DNA of 59,900 bases, counting the filler, from Sphacelaria rigidula (taxonomy: Eukaryota): NCBI GenBank assembly GCA_964200075.2. It is 7 parts of 7 records of this genome, joined end to end, with 100 filler letters (N's around TTAATTAATTAA, not from the genome) between each part and the next. Parts side by side here need not be neighbours in the genome. Positions count along the whole stretch, not along the records: positions 25,717 to 34,187 come from CAXNAA020011032.1; positions 34,288 to 42,758 come from CAXNAA020011033.1; 5 more parts are not named here. One strand, written 5' to 3'. Each line of letters opens with the position of its first letter. The first letter of the stretch is position 1. The notes beneath the pieces were generated by a model. The model saw nothing but the letters and a program-made list of their open reading frames with translations. It searched no databases and was not told the origin of the DNA. The position numbers and the translations under genes are program-made. Below are positions 26,055 through 39,394 of this stretch, one piece after another.

Positions 26055-29000
26055 ATCCCCCTCAATGGAAATAGCACTCAGGAGAGATGAAGAAATCCGA
26101 ACGGATGACTATTCTAGGCCTAGTTATGCAAACGCATGCGTCCATTTCTGAACATTCCCTACAATGTACACTTGGATTTTCAACTCAACACTTTCTACGT
26201 TATCGTTTATTCAAAACACAGTCGTGATCCAGCCACACGCTAGAAAGTACGCATCAGGCCGGCTCCCTTGTTCGCGTCCTTATTTCAAGTCCTAAAGGTC
26301 TTGGTTACGCGCAGCAGATGCAGGTAACGTTGTTTGCCCAATTATTTCGTCCCAATGTCGGCGATGTTGTTCTTGGTGTCCACGTGATGAAGGGTGGTCC
26401 TCGCTTCTTAATGAGTTCGCGAATGAAGAAGTAGCGCAATTCCGCATGCTTGGTCCGTCCACTGTAGGTGCTGTTACCAGCAACGTGAAGTGTCGAGGTG
26501 TTGTCGATGTGAACCGGAACTCTGTGAAATGCCTCGCCGAACCCCAGCTCCATCATCATGTTGGAACAGAACACAGCCTCCTTCATTGCCAGCGCTGCCG
26601 CCACAAGCTGAGCTTTCATTGTCGACTGAGCAGTTAGACCCTATATTCCGACTTTGAAGCTCACCGGAGCGTTCGAGAGCATGGCGATATACGAGGACAT
26701 CGATTTTCCGTTATCCGGGTTGTTCCCCCAGTTGGTGTCCGAAAACGCCGTGAGCTGAAATCCTCCCTTCTTGTACGTTATATCGAAAGTAGCACTCCCC
26801 GCAAGATAACGTAGAATATGCTTCGCAGCACCCATGTGTGCTTTTGATGGTGTGGACATCGCTCTTGCAAGCTGGTTGACAGCAAACTGGATATCATACC
26901 GGGTCACTTGTGCGAGATAAATTATCGAGCCGGTGATCGCCTGGAATCGCTGTGTTGCCGCCGAGTCCAGAAGTTGCTCTTCCGGCTGATTCAATGACAG
27001 CTCTGCTCCCGTTCCTGGTGTGCTCAGCGGATTGCAGTCCCCCATGCCGTACTTCTCCAGGATCGATTTGGTGTAGTTCTCCTGGCTGAGACTGAGCGTC
27101 CCGTTCTTGCGATCTCTGGTGACTCTCATTCCGTGTACAAGTGACACGTTTCCCATGTCCGTCATTTTGAAACGAACCGTGAGCTTTTTCTTGAGCATTT
27201 GCAGTACCGCCACGTCCCCTCCAACAAGGAGCACATCGACCACGTAGAGAATGAGAAGCGCGACAACCTTCCTCTTTCCAAGAGCGGTGCTGACGGTGTC
27301 ACCCCGGGAGTTATCGGCCCTGATCTCGTCGTTGTCGTCGTTATCAGTGAAGATATAGATGCAGGGATCTGAAGCGAGAGAGGTGAAACCGATATCCCCC
27401 AAACACTTGTCCATCCTGTTCCACCAATTCAGTGGCGACTGGCGAAGGCCATAGAACGATTTCCGGAGCTTCATCACGAGAGGAACTTTCGTCACGGGAT
27501 CATTCTCCTCATAGCCCGGGGCCATGTTGACGTATACTTCCTCTTCAACGGGCGCGTTTAGAAATGCCATTTGCACGTCCAGCTACCAGATTTCCCAGTC
27601 CATCTCCACGGTCGCTGCAAGCACCATACGGATACTCTGTAGCCTACAGACGGGAGCGAAGGTGTCACCGCAATCGATGCCCGATACTTATCACCATCCT
27701 TGGACGACCAGTCTTCCCTTGTATGTGTTGTCGGCTTTTACCTTGTACACCCACCGGGATCCGATGGCTTTCATCCCTGCAGCAATCGCCGTGAAGGGTA
27801 CAAGCGTGAAGACATTATTGGAACGGAGGCTTTGTATTTCTTTGTTTGATGCTGCCTTCCACTGCTTCGCCTCTGGCAGTCGCATTGCCTCTTGAAAGGT
27901 GTTCGGCACTATGGCCACTTTCTCCCCCTCCGAACAACTTCGAATTTGGGTGTCTGTGGTAGAGTACGCATACTCCAGAAAAGAAACTCTATCCTCGTGA
28001 GCGATGTCTCGCATATTTGCCCTGATGTAGAAATCGGCCAAAGTCTCCAGGCGCTTTAGCTCGCGGGCTTGAGCGCTTCTCGTGCTCGCACCGGAGATGA
28101 CGTCTATTGGGGCTTGTGGACTAGCCCGCGTGCTGACACGCGAAGAACCCGCTTTAGGTGACGGTGTTGTAGCTGGAGGTGAACCTTCAGTGACTTGTTC
28201 TCCTGTAGACGCTCCAGTAGGGACCTCTCCCGATGAAGATCCGATAAGGTCGTTGACGCGGTCCGTCACATCGCGTAGATCTCCGTGTTGTTTGCTTTCG
28301 CTTAGAGCACAAAGGTCACAGATTGATAGCGTTCCATCGTAGCTGATACCAGAGCCTTCCACCTTCCGAAGTACATTCAGACTCTCGATGCCGACGTGAC
28401 CAAGTCGACGATGCCAGATATTTGCGCCGGTGCTGACGTGCATAGCCACTCCAGGTTGATGCCCCGGGTGGCCGCTCAGCTTCATGCGGAACGTGTAGAG
28501 GTCTTGGTCATGGATCGATTGTTCCAGGGGAAACACGAACGATGAAGTCTCCAGTTGGGGATGAAATTGATCGAAGATTGCGATGATGCCTTGCTTGGTC
28601 GCCACTTTCACGGAGAACAGATGACGCCCGAGTCCGGGGACGACGAAGCAAGAGAGGGCGACATGGTGCGCCTTCTCTTCTCGGTCGGTAACTGTACCAT
28701 GAATGGTGGCAGTTGCAACTGCTTCAACTCCATTCTGTCCCCCTGCTAAAATATTAAACGGCTGTTCGAGGGCCGTGTACTCACTCGCCCAAGCTAAAAC
28801 ACCCAACTCGAGATTGGTGTCCAAGTAGTGACCGGTCGCGCCACTGTCCACCAGCCAGGTTACGGAGTTGGTGTCGATGGCTGTCCGAGCCGTTGACACC
28901 GTCGCCATGAAAGCTGCCCTAGTACCCCACCGAAGGCACCCAAGAGGTCAATCGTGTTTTCTCCAGCATGCTGTGGTGGGGTGGACGCGCCGAAGGATAA

Positions 29001-30080
29001 CACTGGAGGAGCCGAGGCCGTCATCACAGGTTGCAGGGATCCTCCGACTGTTCCGGAAAAATTGCTGTTTGCAGCCGTCGCTGCGGCAGGCGGTGGGATG
29101 AACGACCCGGGAATGCTTATATTGGCGATGTTGGCGCTTCCATTCGTTGCTGCTTTCGTTTGTTGTACCTTGCACTCGGCGTCGCTGTGCGTTGTTATTC
29201 TATGATACGAGCACCATTTTGATGCCTCGTTCCCCCCGTTCTTCTTTCCTGCTTTTCGACGTCTCTGTGTCGGGTTACTTGGCCGTTTCCGACTTCGCTT
29301 GTTGTTCGGGCATTCACGTTGATAGTGCCCAAACCCCTTGCAAAGGTGACACTGTATACCAGATGTCGTAGCCTGCATGGCCGTCCCAGGTCCGGCCACG
29401 GTTGGTGCAGTTGACGTACCAAAATTCCGATCATTGTACGCGTTGCACATTGCGGTGCGGATGTTGTCGAGGCCGAAGTCGCGCTCGGTGTAGCATTTCG
29501 TGCGTACAAAGTCATACTCGGGGATTATCGCCTTGAGGATAATGTCCTCGTAGCGATCGTCGTGCATTTTATCCCCAAGACCCTCCAGACGCAGTCGAAG
29601 TTCGTCCATGTCTTGGAAGAATTTTTCGGGGTCCTCGCCCGGTTTCATCGTGCGGCTAACCAGCTGAGCGTGAACTGCCCGCCTCGCCGCTTTGGTGTTG
29701 CCGTCGAACTTCTCAACCAAGGCCTTCCACGCACCTTGCCCATCGCCGACCCGCGGGTCATCGAGATCTTGATCCTCTGTGTAAAAAAACCGCCGGATGG
29801 TCGCAGCTGCAGGCCCGATCGTTGAAGGGAACAACAGCGAAAACAGGTCGCTGTTCTTTCGGTCCCATTCGCGCCCTGCTCGTTCGTCAGTAGGCCTTCG
29901 ATGACCGTTGAGAACGGCGAACATCGGCTTGTCAACGATAGAGATAGCTACTCGCAGCTGATTTTTCCATGCAATGAAGGTGTTCTTATCGTTCGAAAAT
30001 GTAGATACCCGTTTGAATACGGTCGCTCTGCGGTCGGAACTGGTGGCGGTGTAACTCATCATGCAGAGAGAAAATGAACC

Positions 30081-30483
30081 ACGCAATGCTGTGCGATTCG
30101 AGGCTTATCAATGCTCGACGCGCAAGTGCGATTTCCCAGACTGTGCCGCCTTCCTGCGCGCACAGGTTTCAACTGTAGCTTGCACAGACTGCAACTGATG
30201 CAGGTTTCGTCCGCAGGGATGATGAAGTACGCAACGCTGTGCGCTTCGAGACTTATCAATGCCCGACGATCAAGTGCGATTTCCCAGACTGTGCCGCCTT
30301 CCTGCGCGCACAGGTTTTCACTGTAGCTTGTACAGACTGCAGCTGGTGCAGGTTTTGTCTGCAGGGATGATGAAGTACGCAACGCTGTACGCTTCGAGGC
30401 TTATCAATGCTCGACGCGTAAGTGCGAATTCCCTGACAGTGCCGCCTTCCTGCATGCACAGGTTTTCACTGTAGCTCGTACAG
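30081..30483. repeat. 148-bp tandem repeat (~2.7 units) in the Copia 5' leader
   Basis: Units start at 30081, 30229 and 30377 with ACGCAA(T/C)GCTGT(G/A)CG(A/C)TTCGAG(G/A)CTTATCAATG. Confidence 0.9.
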
Positions 30484-31388
30484 CGTACCGCCTTGACTCT
30501 AGATACAACAGTGTTTTGGTGAGATTGAGAGTCTACGATACGATTGAGAGCAGACTTGAGAGCAGGCTTTTCATGGCTTTGAGCGGCCGGTTGTGCCTGC
30601 ATCATTAATGGACAAAACGCTTACCTCGCACATTGGTGCAATATCCTGCCGGCAAACCTATTGATGTTTCACTGGGTTTCATGCGAGAACGCTTCGTCGC
30701 GACGTTAGAGAATCCTGGTGCGCTAACTGGTGATGCTTCCCTAATCTCCGTAGGAAGGTGCTTGGATAGGACATTAGTTGAAAACCGAGACATTCTAAAG
30801 GATAGTGTCTATTCATCCGTTTTTTGCTGCAAACTCCGCTAACAACAGTAACAGGACAAGTTTCGAATAATGTTTCGACAAGTGCAGAGATGAAGTATCG
30901 CAACTGTTCCGAGTATCAAGGCAACACTTAATATCACGAGGGACAAACCTTCAGCCCGCGATACATATGCCACTGATGCCTCACAAACAAACCGCCTTGT
31001 CGTGAGCGAATTCCAGGTTTGTTCGCTTTTGCGATGGAAAAGAGTATTTCATCATCAGCAGGTAGTTGTTAACGACATTTTGAGCCAAGCCATGAAAACA
31101 ATCCCTCCTATGAGAGATATTCTGTTGCGGGGATTGTAATTATTGCGCCTGCGGCGGAACCGCCTGTATTCCCGAAAACGCTGCACAACTTCATATACGC
31201 AGAACCTGTAGCCAACCGCGAACAAGACCATATCGACAGCTATATAGCTGCACAATATTTCCGATAACAAGACGACTATCATGCGCGCGAGTTGAAGCCA
31301 GTACACAGCCGGACAAAATCGGTGGTACGACGGGAATGGCTACACATGACAAGCCCCGAACGCCGGGTGTCGGTCAACTCTCTGCCTA

Positions 31389-33224
31389 TCACTCGTCTTC
31401 ATATCCGACATCCATATCTTCATCCCCCACGTCCTCTATAGCGTTTTGTGCTTCTGTAGTTTCTGCAATAGCGGACCACACATGATGCGGAAGTTTCATG
31501 GATGTGGGAAGCTTAGCGAATTTGCAGCTTATTGTTGCAACGTGCTCGAAGGAAATCGAGCGTACCCGTTTCCCGTCCACCATGCGATACTCGGGGGTCC
31601 ACCCTCCTCTCCCATATCTTGACCGCGATGCGTTGGCACCTACCTTCTTTGGCATGTACCACTGAAGTTCCGCCTCGTCCCCATCTACCCCCTTCTTCAT
31701 GGATAAAATTTTTCCGACACAGACCGACAACGGCGAGCTCTTCGGCTGCGAAAAAGCAACAAACTCTCCAATCTCCACCCTGAATAGCGGCCCCGGCGTT
31801 CTATTCAGGCCGCGCCTCCTCCCCCCCCCTCCTTGTGGGACAGGGGAAGCTCCAGTCGCTACTGCACTCCCGGCAACTCTGTTTCTCACCGTTGAAGACG
31901 GATCGCTCCTCACTTTAAGAGTCCGAGCCGCAATACCCGTGCTATCGCGTGTACCTGAGTCCGAAGCCCCGCCATCATCATCTGTGTTGTCGTTTGACTC
32001 GGGCCTACTATACAGGGACATATTCCAGTAGAAAGGAACAGGCGCCGACTTCCCAACGTCGATAACGCTTGACGCCAGTTCCGACATCAACGCCATGTGA
32101 TATTGGTTCGCCGACAACCCCTCCGGCAGCTCACCTGTGTTATTAGACGGTATATTGGCGTATAGTACGGTGCGTGCAGCCTCCATTAATGATGAGGTGG
32201 GAAAGCACTGTCCTATCCAGAAAAATCACCGTGCGGGTGAATCACGGGAGTTCGTGTACGAAAGCGTAACACACGCAGCGCGACTATCCATAACTCGATG
32301 TGGGTGGCCCGTGCAAGATGGTCCGCCGTACGTACAAGGGTCCCTGTTCCAGCGAGTGTAGAAATCGGTGCCTACCCGTGTCTACAGCGAATACGACAAC
32401 GTTATCCTTTTTCGCACTACCGTGACGCATGGCACTGACCAACTGGGCCAGGTCATGACTAAGACTTCTCGGTGGGGGGGTGCTTGGATGATGCTTCACC
32501 AAGATCACCCGTGCAATTTCCAGCGGCCGTACAGGCACCACCGTAGTTGGGATGCTCAGACACTCACCGATGCTGTGGCATTAAGTCTCGATCCGTCGCT
32601 CGGAAGCCTCGATGCACAAGCGGTGCTGGTTCAGGGTGTGGTCATCCACCACTTTCTGTGGGTGATCAGGTGTATCCCGCAGGTCAGGCCAGCTCTTCAT
32701 GATGGTCATGTACCCATCGCCGTACTCGCCGTTCCTTTTTTTCGAAGCATCACAAACGAGCGGACGGCCACGGTTCGCACTATTCATATACATTATGCTC
32801 CATGCTCAACCCTTTCCAATCGGACCCTGTCTTTCGATCCTCAAAGAGCAACCGCGACTACTTGTGAAGGAAAACCTGAAGAAGCTGCGAACATATATAT
32901 ATATATATATATATCAATCCTCGGATGCTATCCTACACGACGCACCTGTTGATCACGCCCCAATCGTCCCTGTAGCTTCTTTCCTGCACTTGCATCTTGA
33001 CTAAGCCGTCCGTAGGATCTCTCGACACCTTGAACGCCTGCGGCTTCGTGACAGAGGGAATCGGATACATGCAGCCGACGAGAAGGTCCCAGATATTCGC
33101 TCAGTTGTTCAAGTGCGTCAGGCCGACGTGGAAGTTGGGTTGCCCCGCCCTGTAGGACTCCAAGACACGTTGACCGAGAAGGGTCCGAGGTGCGGCGTCC
33201 GTCCTGTTGAGGTCGGCTCCCACC
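31389..33224 (-). pseudogene. Spliced transposase-like pseudogene (DUF7869-like C-terminal region); exons 33224-32946, 32779-32568, 32212-31389
   Basis: Both GT-AG introns are in phase, with in-frame stops at 33103-33101 and 32583-32581. The exon 1 pattern DA....L...V.ESY...V.L..L...NI.D.L...I..V.KP.AFKV.R...G.V.M....W recalls DUF7869 proteins; this family call is from memory and unverified. Confidence 0.5.
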
Positions 33225-33454
33225 CTATCCGTCAGAAACCAATGTAATATTCCGGGGACTCAATCCTCAAAGGTGCCGCCGCCTGTTGTGCAATGTCAAC
33301 CTCTGTAGGGAACTGCACGTATGAGAATGTCTTCCCAACACATTATTCTCTAGGTCACCTTGGGAATTGTTCGAAGATGCCGTGCTATGATATTCTCTAG
33401 GCACAAGGTGACGCAAGCCTCTTCCGCTTGGAACATGGGATTGTACAAATTGGG

Positions 33455-33832
33455 CACGGATTTTTTATTGGGTATCTGCGCTTCAAATATTCCTAGCCAC
33501 GCCGAATGTTCGGAATATGGTCCCATTTCTTCACCTACTGATCGTTATTGACAACAACTGCACGCCATACAAAATTGGGTTCGAAAACCGAAACGTTGGG
33601 GTCCCAGAGGTGAAGAACCAATTCCGGGGTCTTTCGCTGATCCGAATGGACGCTGAAAAAGGTTTTTCATCTGGGACCCCAACGTTTCGGTTTTCGAAAT
33701 CCAAATTTGTATGGCGTGCTGTAGTTTTCAATGGCTACCAATAGGTGAAGAAATGGAATCATATTTCGAACATGTGGTGTGAACACGAAGATTTAAATGA
33801 ACCTGGCGCATATACCCAATAAAAATCCATAC
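33455..33832. mobile_element. Foldback (long-palindrome) element, copy 1
   Basis: Imperfect arms of ~170 bp, e.g. TTCGAAAACCGAAACGTTGGGGTCCCAGA / TCTGGGACCCCAACGTTTCGGTTTTCGAA and CCATTTCTTCACCTA / TAGGTGAAGAAATGG. Confidence 0.85.
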
Positions 33833-34187
33833 CCCATGTGACAGGGGATTCTTTAAAATGAGACTCATCAGTGAAATGAGGTTTGAAGACCCTAGCCGTT
33901 GAGTGAAAAAAATATCTCAGGAGTACCGCACGACACTGCTGATGTGCAATTTTTAGGAGGAGTGGGAAGTGCGTCCGTGGTTCCACATGTCGCCCATTCC
34001 TGGTCAGCTGCGGGCGACGGAGCATAACAAGGTTCGTTTGATCGTCGACGATGTTTTCATTATTGTTTGTCTCGAGGCTCGTGTCCAGACAAAAATCTCG
34101 GGCGTCAAGTTGCTGTCAGTAAGGTCAGTAAGGTGCTGTCAGTGACGTGGTGGGGGGATATCACTGCCAACGCAGTGATGAGCCGAG

Positions 34188-34287
34188 NNNNNNNNNNNNN
34201 NNNNNNNNNNNNNNNNNNNNNNNNNNNNNNNTTAATTAATTAANNNNNNNNNNNNNNNNNNNNNNNNNNNNNNNNNNNNNNNNNNNN
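34188..34287. other. Artificial linker
   Basis: N44-TTAATTAATTAA-N44. Confidence 0.98.
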
Positions 34288-35027
34288 CCAATCGCGTGGC
34301 CAAGGAATCAGGCTCTGACGTGTTATTTTTGCACGAGGGTTTTTTCATGATTAAACCCCGCCCCCTTTTTGGTAGCGCACTTTTTGTTTTTTTACGTTTT
34401 GGGTGGAGAGTATAATATATATATTTATCAACAAGGGAATCAATTCAACAACAGAGGTCCCACGACCTTTCTCAAACATAGACCCTTGCGCCGAGTAGGA
34501 AATTCAGCCTTAAGCTTTTTGATTGAGCCCCGCTTCTTAGCCTACCTACCGCCCCCCCCTCCCCCCAAATACTGTTTCCTATCGACCGTCCCTGAAACAT
34601 GTACAGCGTCCGCACCGCGTAAGAAGCCTACCGCACACTTGGCAAGTTGTACTTGACGCTGTTTTTGCCGTCGGCCGAAATCAAAGTGAGCGCAACGTTT
34701 GCCGAAATATCGAAAGACGCTCCCGAAGGGGAACGACAAGCGCGGATTAGACACAAAAAAGGGTTCCAGGGCCCAAGAGCTTGGCGTTACAATTATGGAG
34801 CTTTCTGACCAAAGGTACGTCTATCCTAAGGATGTGCCTCCGTGTCTCATGGTGGGTATTGAAAATTCAGCATAACAAAAATTTTGCAAATGCATGTGCT
34901 CAAGAGGGCTCCAGTGGCTGATTCCTGACATTATGCCTGTACTCGGGAAAATGTGTGCATCTAAAGGAGGTGGGTTTACCTCAGTTCGTCGACCCAAATC
35001 CATGGGTGACACTCTTTCGAAATGACG

Positions 35028-35126
35028 CTAACCCTAACTCTAACCCTAACTCTAACCCTAACCCTGACCCAATTCTAACCCTAATCCCAACCTTAACCCC
35101 AACCCTAATCCCGACCCCGACCCCCA
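35028..35126 (+). repeat. Degenerate interstitial (CCCTAA)n telomere-like tract
   Basis: About 16 hexamers CTAACC/CTAACT/CTGACC that decay towards CCGACC. Confidence 0.85.
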
Positions 35127-37970
35127 CCAAGGCATACCGAGAACGCTCGGGTAAGGGCAACGCAAAGGGTGCCCTAGGCAAAGTGTGCGTTGGCAGACCT
35201 TAAATCGGTGCCTTGGACAAAAAACACGTTGTGCGCATGCTAGGAGCACTCGGAACTATCAATTCCACTATATATCCGAATCTCGGTGTTCGCGCTTACA
35301 TCAGCTATTATGTTTGAACCATGGATTTTACGTCTACGAGCTCGGGTAAAGTCTAGTGATCGAGAGGTAGGCTTAGATCGATTCGCATTCTGGGGTACTT
35401 CACATACCTTGAACAAGCAAGTTGATCTTAGTGTGGTGATGCCCACTATGAAACCTATCTACACATGCGTTCAGGAGATAATCAAGCCTCGTAGGATCAG
35501 CGTTGCCCCTGAACACGTCATTATTCGCCCAGAATATTATATAATATGGGGACCGCCCACTTCACGCCGATATCCGGCTCGCAAAATGCTGTAAATTTGA
35601 ATATAATACGAGAACTCACTATATAATTATGATCCACTATTTCCCTTGTTTTTTTTTACAATATCTACACAACGACACTCGTCCGTTTACTTTGGTAAAT
35701 TTGTTCTTGACCCTGGAGTCAATTCGATGCTTAGCTGCTTTACAATTGGCCTTGACTGGATCACTCAAGGTGTCTTTTTCGAGTGCTTTCAAACGACGAG
35801 GCAATGGTATATACAGTTGTACACTCCTTCGATTCGAATGGCTTCGTCAAGAGCCTACGACCACCGCGGGTTTTGTCGTGCGCCGGTTGTTTGGCGCAGC
35901 CATCGATCCTCGTTGATGCCCGGCGGTTCTAGGTGGGGGTTTCTGTGCCGTAGGTTCGTGTATATGAGCACATATAACGCGAGTACTACCAGTCGAATTG
36001 GCGCCCACAGTCGCTGAAGGCTCCGTCGTTGATCCTGCAGCAGACTGCCGGTGCTGTGCGACAGAAGGATGCACAAACGATGTGCTTCGCCCCGCGCCCC
36101 CCGTTTGCCTTGATTGCATGGATCTGGAATAAATTAATTAATAAACAGTTTTGAGGAGGATCAAAAATATCGTTCGCGGTTCGAGGATTTGTGAGAACGA
36201 ATAAACCGATCCATCGGATTTATGCATATATATCTGAACACATTGTATTGGGGTTTATAAAACCGTTCCCAGTACCTAGTAGGTATAATATAGCGGGATC
36301 TACTTAGCAACTCGGAGCACAACCAACGTAAGATATATATGGGTGCTCATGAAGAAATGCTTCAGAACCAGTACGACATCCCCCTTGCTGTACAGTACAA
36401 AATTGATACGAAGATTGAGCGCATCGCCAACAACGTCATACATATGATGTACGCCGTAGACCTCTGTGCCGTGGACGTGTCGGGTTGTAGTCCGCCTTTT
36501 TTTCACACAACACAGCTGATGCGAAACGCAAAGTACTGAGGAACGTATTGCGGGTTTTGGAAAGCGTCGTATGCATGAGATGTGTACGCTGACGAAAGAA
36601 CATGTTTCCGGAACTTCGGAACTCTCTAGTATGTCTGCTTCTTCTGTAGGCATAGAGCTCACGTTCGTGTTGGTGAAAGCCCCCCCGCCAGGGTATTTCT
36701 TTTTGGATAATCTGATACGGATCCTCGCTGAGATGAGACCAAAGAATACCTCCGCCCGGAGATGGTCGGTTGAGATAGGATGGTGGACGACTTCCGCCCG
36801 GATTTGGTCTGTTGTATCTGTGACGAAATCGGTCGAGAAAGAACGACCGAACAGGAGCAGGATATCGTGTGACGTGAAGGCTGCTACAGACATGCATCTC
36901 ACCGGCCGCAATGGAGCCTACGAAATGCAAGCCACGATTTTCTCCTGAACGATGTCGTACTACTGTGAAGAGTCCATTTCATACCACGGCGTGCGGTGAC
37001 TCTGGTACGTTTCTCGAGCGCATCGCCCAACTATTTGGCAGCGTCGGACGGCGCCGAGGCGTGCGTGTCGTATCTACTTGTAAGGAACATATGCTGCTGT
37101 ATGCACCGCAGTGTAGGTGGGCACAAGCTACGTCTATGACGTTCAACGATCAACTTACCAGCCGAGTTTGTCGTCGGGCCTCGACTGCCGATTTTGCCGT
37201 CGCGCTTGCATCATGGTCGGCAGTTCCCAGACCAAACTGACTGGCTTCCCTTTCCCGAGGGGCTATTCGCGTATCACGAGTTTTGTCCCCGTTTGCACGT
37301 CATCGTGAGTTTTTCCGAATGAAAGAAACAGAAGCGTAGCGACATGAAGGTCAAGGTCGTCGCATGGTAGTGGCTACAGTATGCGATGTGCTCTTGCTTG
37401 ACGTAGATTTCAATGCAACCGGCGGTGAGCGGTATTGATATATCGCACCGGACGTGTGTTGCTGGTGTTTTGATGGCACAGGTCACGTCCCACTCAAGAG
37501 GCGTTCACGGGAGGGAGGTGCCTACAAAGACAAATCGTGAATGGGTTAGCCAATAGTTTTGAGAGAGCGAACTCTAGAATCATGGCAAATACATCTGTTT
37601 CCGACACCCCGTCTGATCGATTGGTTGATTGATTGTCGCACACTACTTTAACTGATCCGCTGCGAATCCGATGGTGACACAAGGTAGAAGCACCCGAAAC
37701 GAATAAGTGGCGCATTCGAGAAAGTCGAAATGTGGAAAAAGGAAAGAAGATGGCAAAAACAGTAGCGTGAGGGTGAGAAACGAAACGCCACCTGCCTGCC
37801 ACATGGCTTCCGGCAAGGGAGTCGTGCGAAGAACAAAAATGAAATGAACGGAATTCCCACCCGTAGTCACGCACTCTGCAGGGGCAAGACACCAGCACCA
37901 AACATCACAGGGAACGAGAACCAAAGCTCAGACAACAATATGAATAAGAAAACGAACCGACTGGAACGGA

Positions 37971-38310
37971 ACACAACTCAACATAACATAGCATAACGTA
38001 ACATAGCATAACAAAACATAGCATAACGTAAAGTAACATAACACGACAGAACATAATACAACATAACACAACATAACGTAACATGGCACGACACGACACG
38101 ACATGACATGGCTGGCATGACATGACAAGATATAGCATAACATGAAATAAAACACCATAACAAAACACAACATAACAGCACATAATATAACATAGCATAT
38201 CAGAACATAACACACCATGACATAACATAACATACCATCACATACTATGACATGCCATGACATGCCATGACATAACGGAACATAACAGAACATAACGAAA
38301 ACAGGACGAG
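37971..38310. repeat. Degenerate pentanucleotide microsatellite (ACATA/ACATG/ACACG)n
   Basis: Clear 5-bp periodicity over ~340 bp; it produces the spurious MLCYV-type ORFs. Confidence 0.9.
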
Positions 38311-38745
38311 ACGAAAAACGACTCCTTAGCGAAAACATAAAGATGCCGTGTTGTAGGCGGAGATCGATTGGCCTGATATAGGGGGCCCCAAATATATTGC
38401 GAAACGGTTCTTTGTCTCTCTCTCGACGCATGGGTTGCCTGGAACGTCTCACATTCCGCTGTGGTTGAGGCGGCGACCCGTCCTGCAACGACCATGCCAG
38501 CAGACGACAGCCGAGCTGTTGGCCGACCGGCGGCTGTGGAACCTTGACTACTGTTGGGAGAATCCGGTGGCTCTTTCGCGACCAAGCCTGCCTGTAGATC
38601 GTGTTGTGTATCGTTTGGTCGATCATCACCAAATGCACGCTGTTGCGTGTGTTTCGTATTTTCACAATGCAAGCGAAAACAACACCCTTCCATTCCATTT
38701 CTATCGCTCTGCACCGATGGATTGAACGCACTCCATGAAATAATG

Positions 38746-38968
38746 TGCATTGCGTGAGCGGACCGCGTGCTTTCTGGACCACATCGGAGTTCAAAACACC
38801 CCGGGACCGACATTTTTCAAGACCACTCGGGCCACTTCCTGCAGGGACCGCGCCCCTGACCCTGACCCTAACACTAACCCTAACCCTAACCCTAACACTA
38901 ACACTAACTATAGGAGTGTTTGAAATCCGATGCGGTCCAAAGAGCACGCGGTCTCCTCACGCATCATA
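38746..38968 (+). mobile_element. Telomere-repeat-carrying MITE, copy A (most diverged)
   Basis: Imperfect ~45-bp TIRs (TGCGTGAGCGGACCGCGTGCT / AGCACGCGGTCTCCTCACGCA) and an internal CCCTGA/CCCTAA/CACTAA tract. Confidence 0.85.
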
Positions 38969-39394
38969 CTATGTATCGCATCTTGGTCACAAAAGTTCTA
39001 GGAGATTTCCTACAGTCTCGGAAGTCTCAGTGCGATTGTTGGCGTCGTTCGGTATGTTTGGGATGTTTCAAGTGCAAGCACGTGACACGGGTAAAGTGCG
39101 CAGCATTGACAGGCATGCTCTCACGTTCAGTAATTTTCGAGGCGTCTCGCTCGAGCGCCGAGGAGCCGGACAGATAGATGTAGTATCATCGAAAGGTGGC
39201 TGGCTCGTGACTCAGCAACGTCAGGGTTCAGCTTCGCCACGTCACATGAGGCTAATTTCTTATTGGTGGGTATGGTAAATTGTTACCGTTGACAGGAAAA
39301 CACACAACAAGAATGACCGCTTTGTCTTAGTTCCCTGTTGGCCTGTCTTACATCATCATGCAAGCTCTATGTGGGTCATGAAAGTTCACGTGTG

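Larger units (their letters stand above)
25717..30483 (-). mobile_element. Ty1/Copia LTR retrotransposon, decayed, integrase core deleted
   Basis: Domain order: gag with zinc knuckle CHLCKGFGHYQREC, protease WLVDSGATGH, WHRRLGH...CDLC, RT (PNTFQEAM, IGSRWVYKVK, YKGRLV, AFLNA, LRKSFYGLRQSP, YVVD), RNase H (FSDTNWG, DNTSTL, RTKHAELRYFFIRE). Stops and frameshifts are present. PPT TTGAGGGGGAT then TG at 26065-26053. Confidence 0.93.

Noticed and set aside
25950-30718. 13-bp inverted match TTAGAGAATCCTG as a 5' LTR or TIR of the Copia
   Set aside because: It is in the wrong orientation for an LTR and does not extend; probably chance.
36300-36950. Overlapping ORFs as an endogenous viral gene
   Set aside because: They are broken by stops and contain no motif I can recognise.
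37905-38947. 339-aa and overlapping minus-strand ORFs
   Set aside because: They are largely translations of a microsatellite and the telomere MITE.
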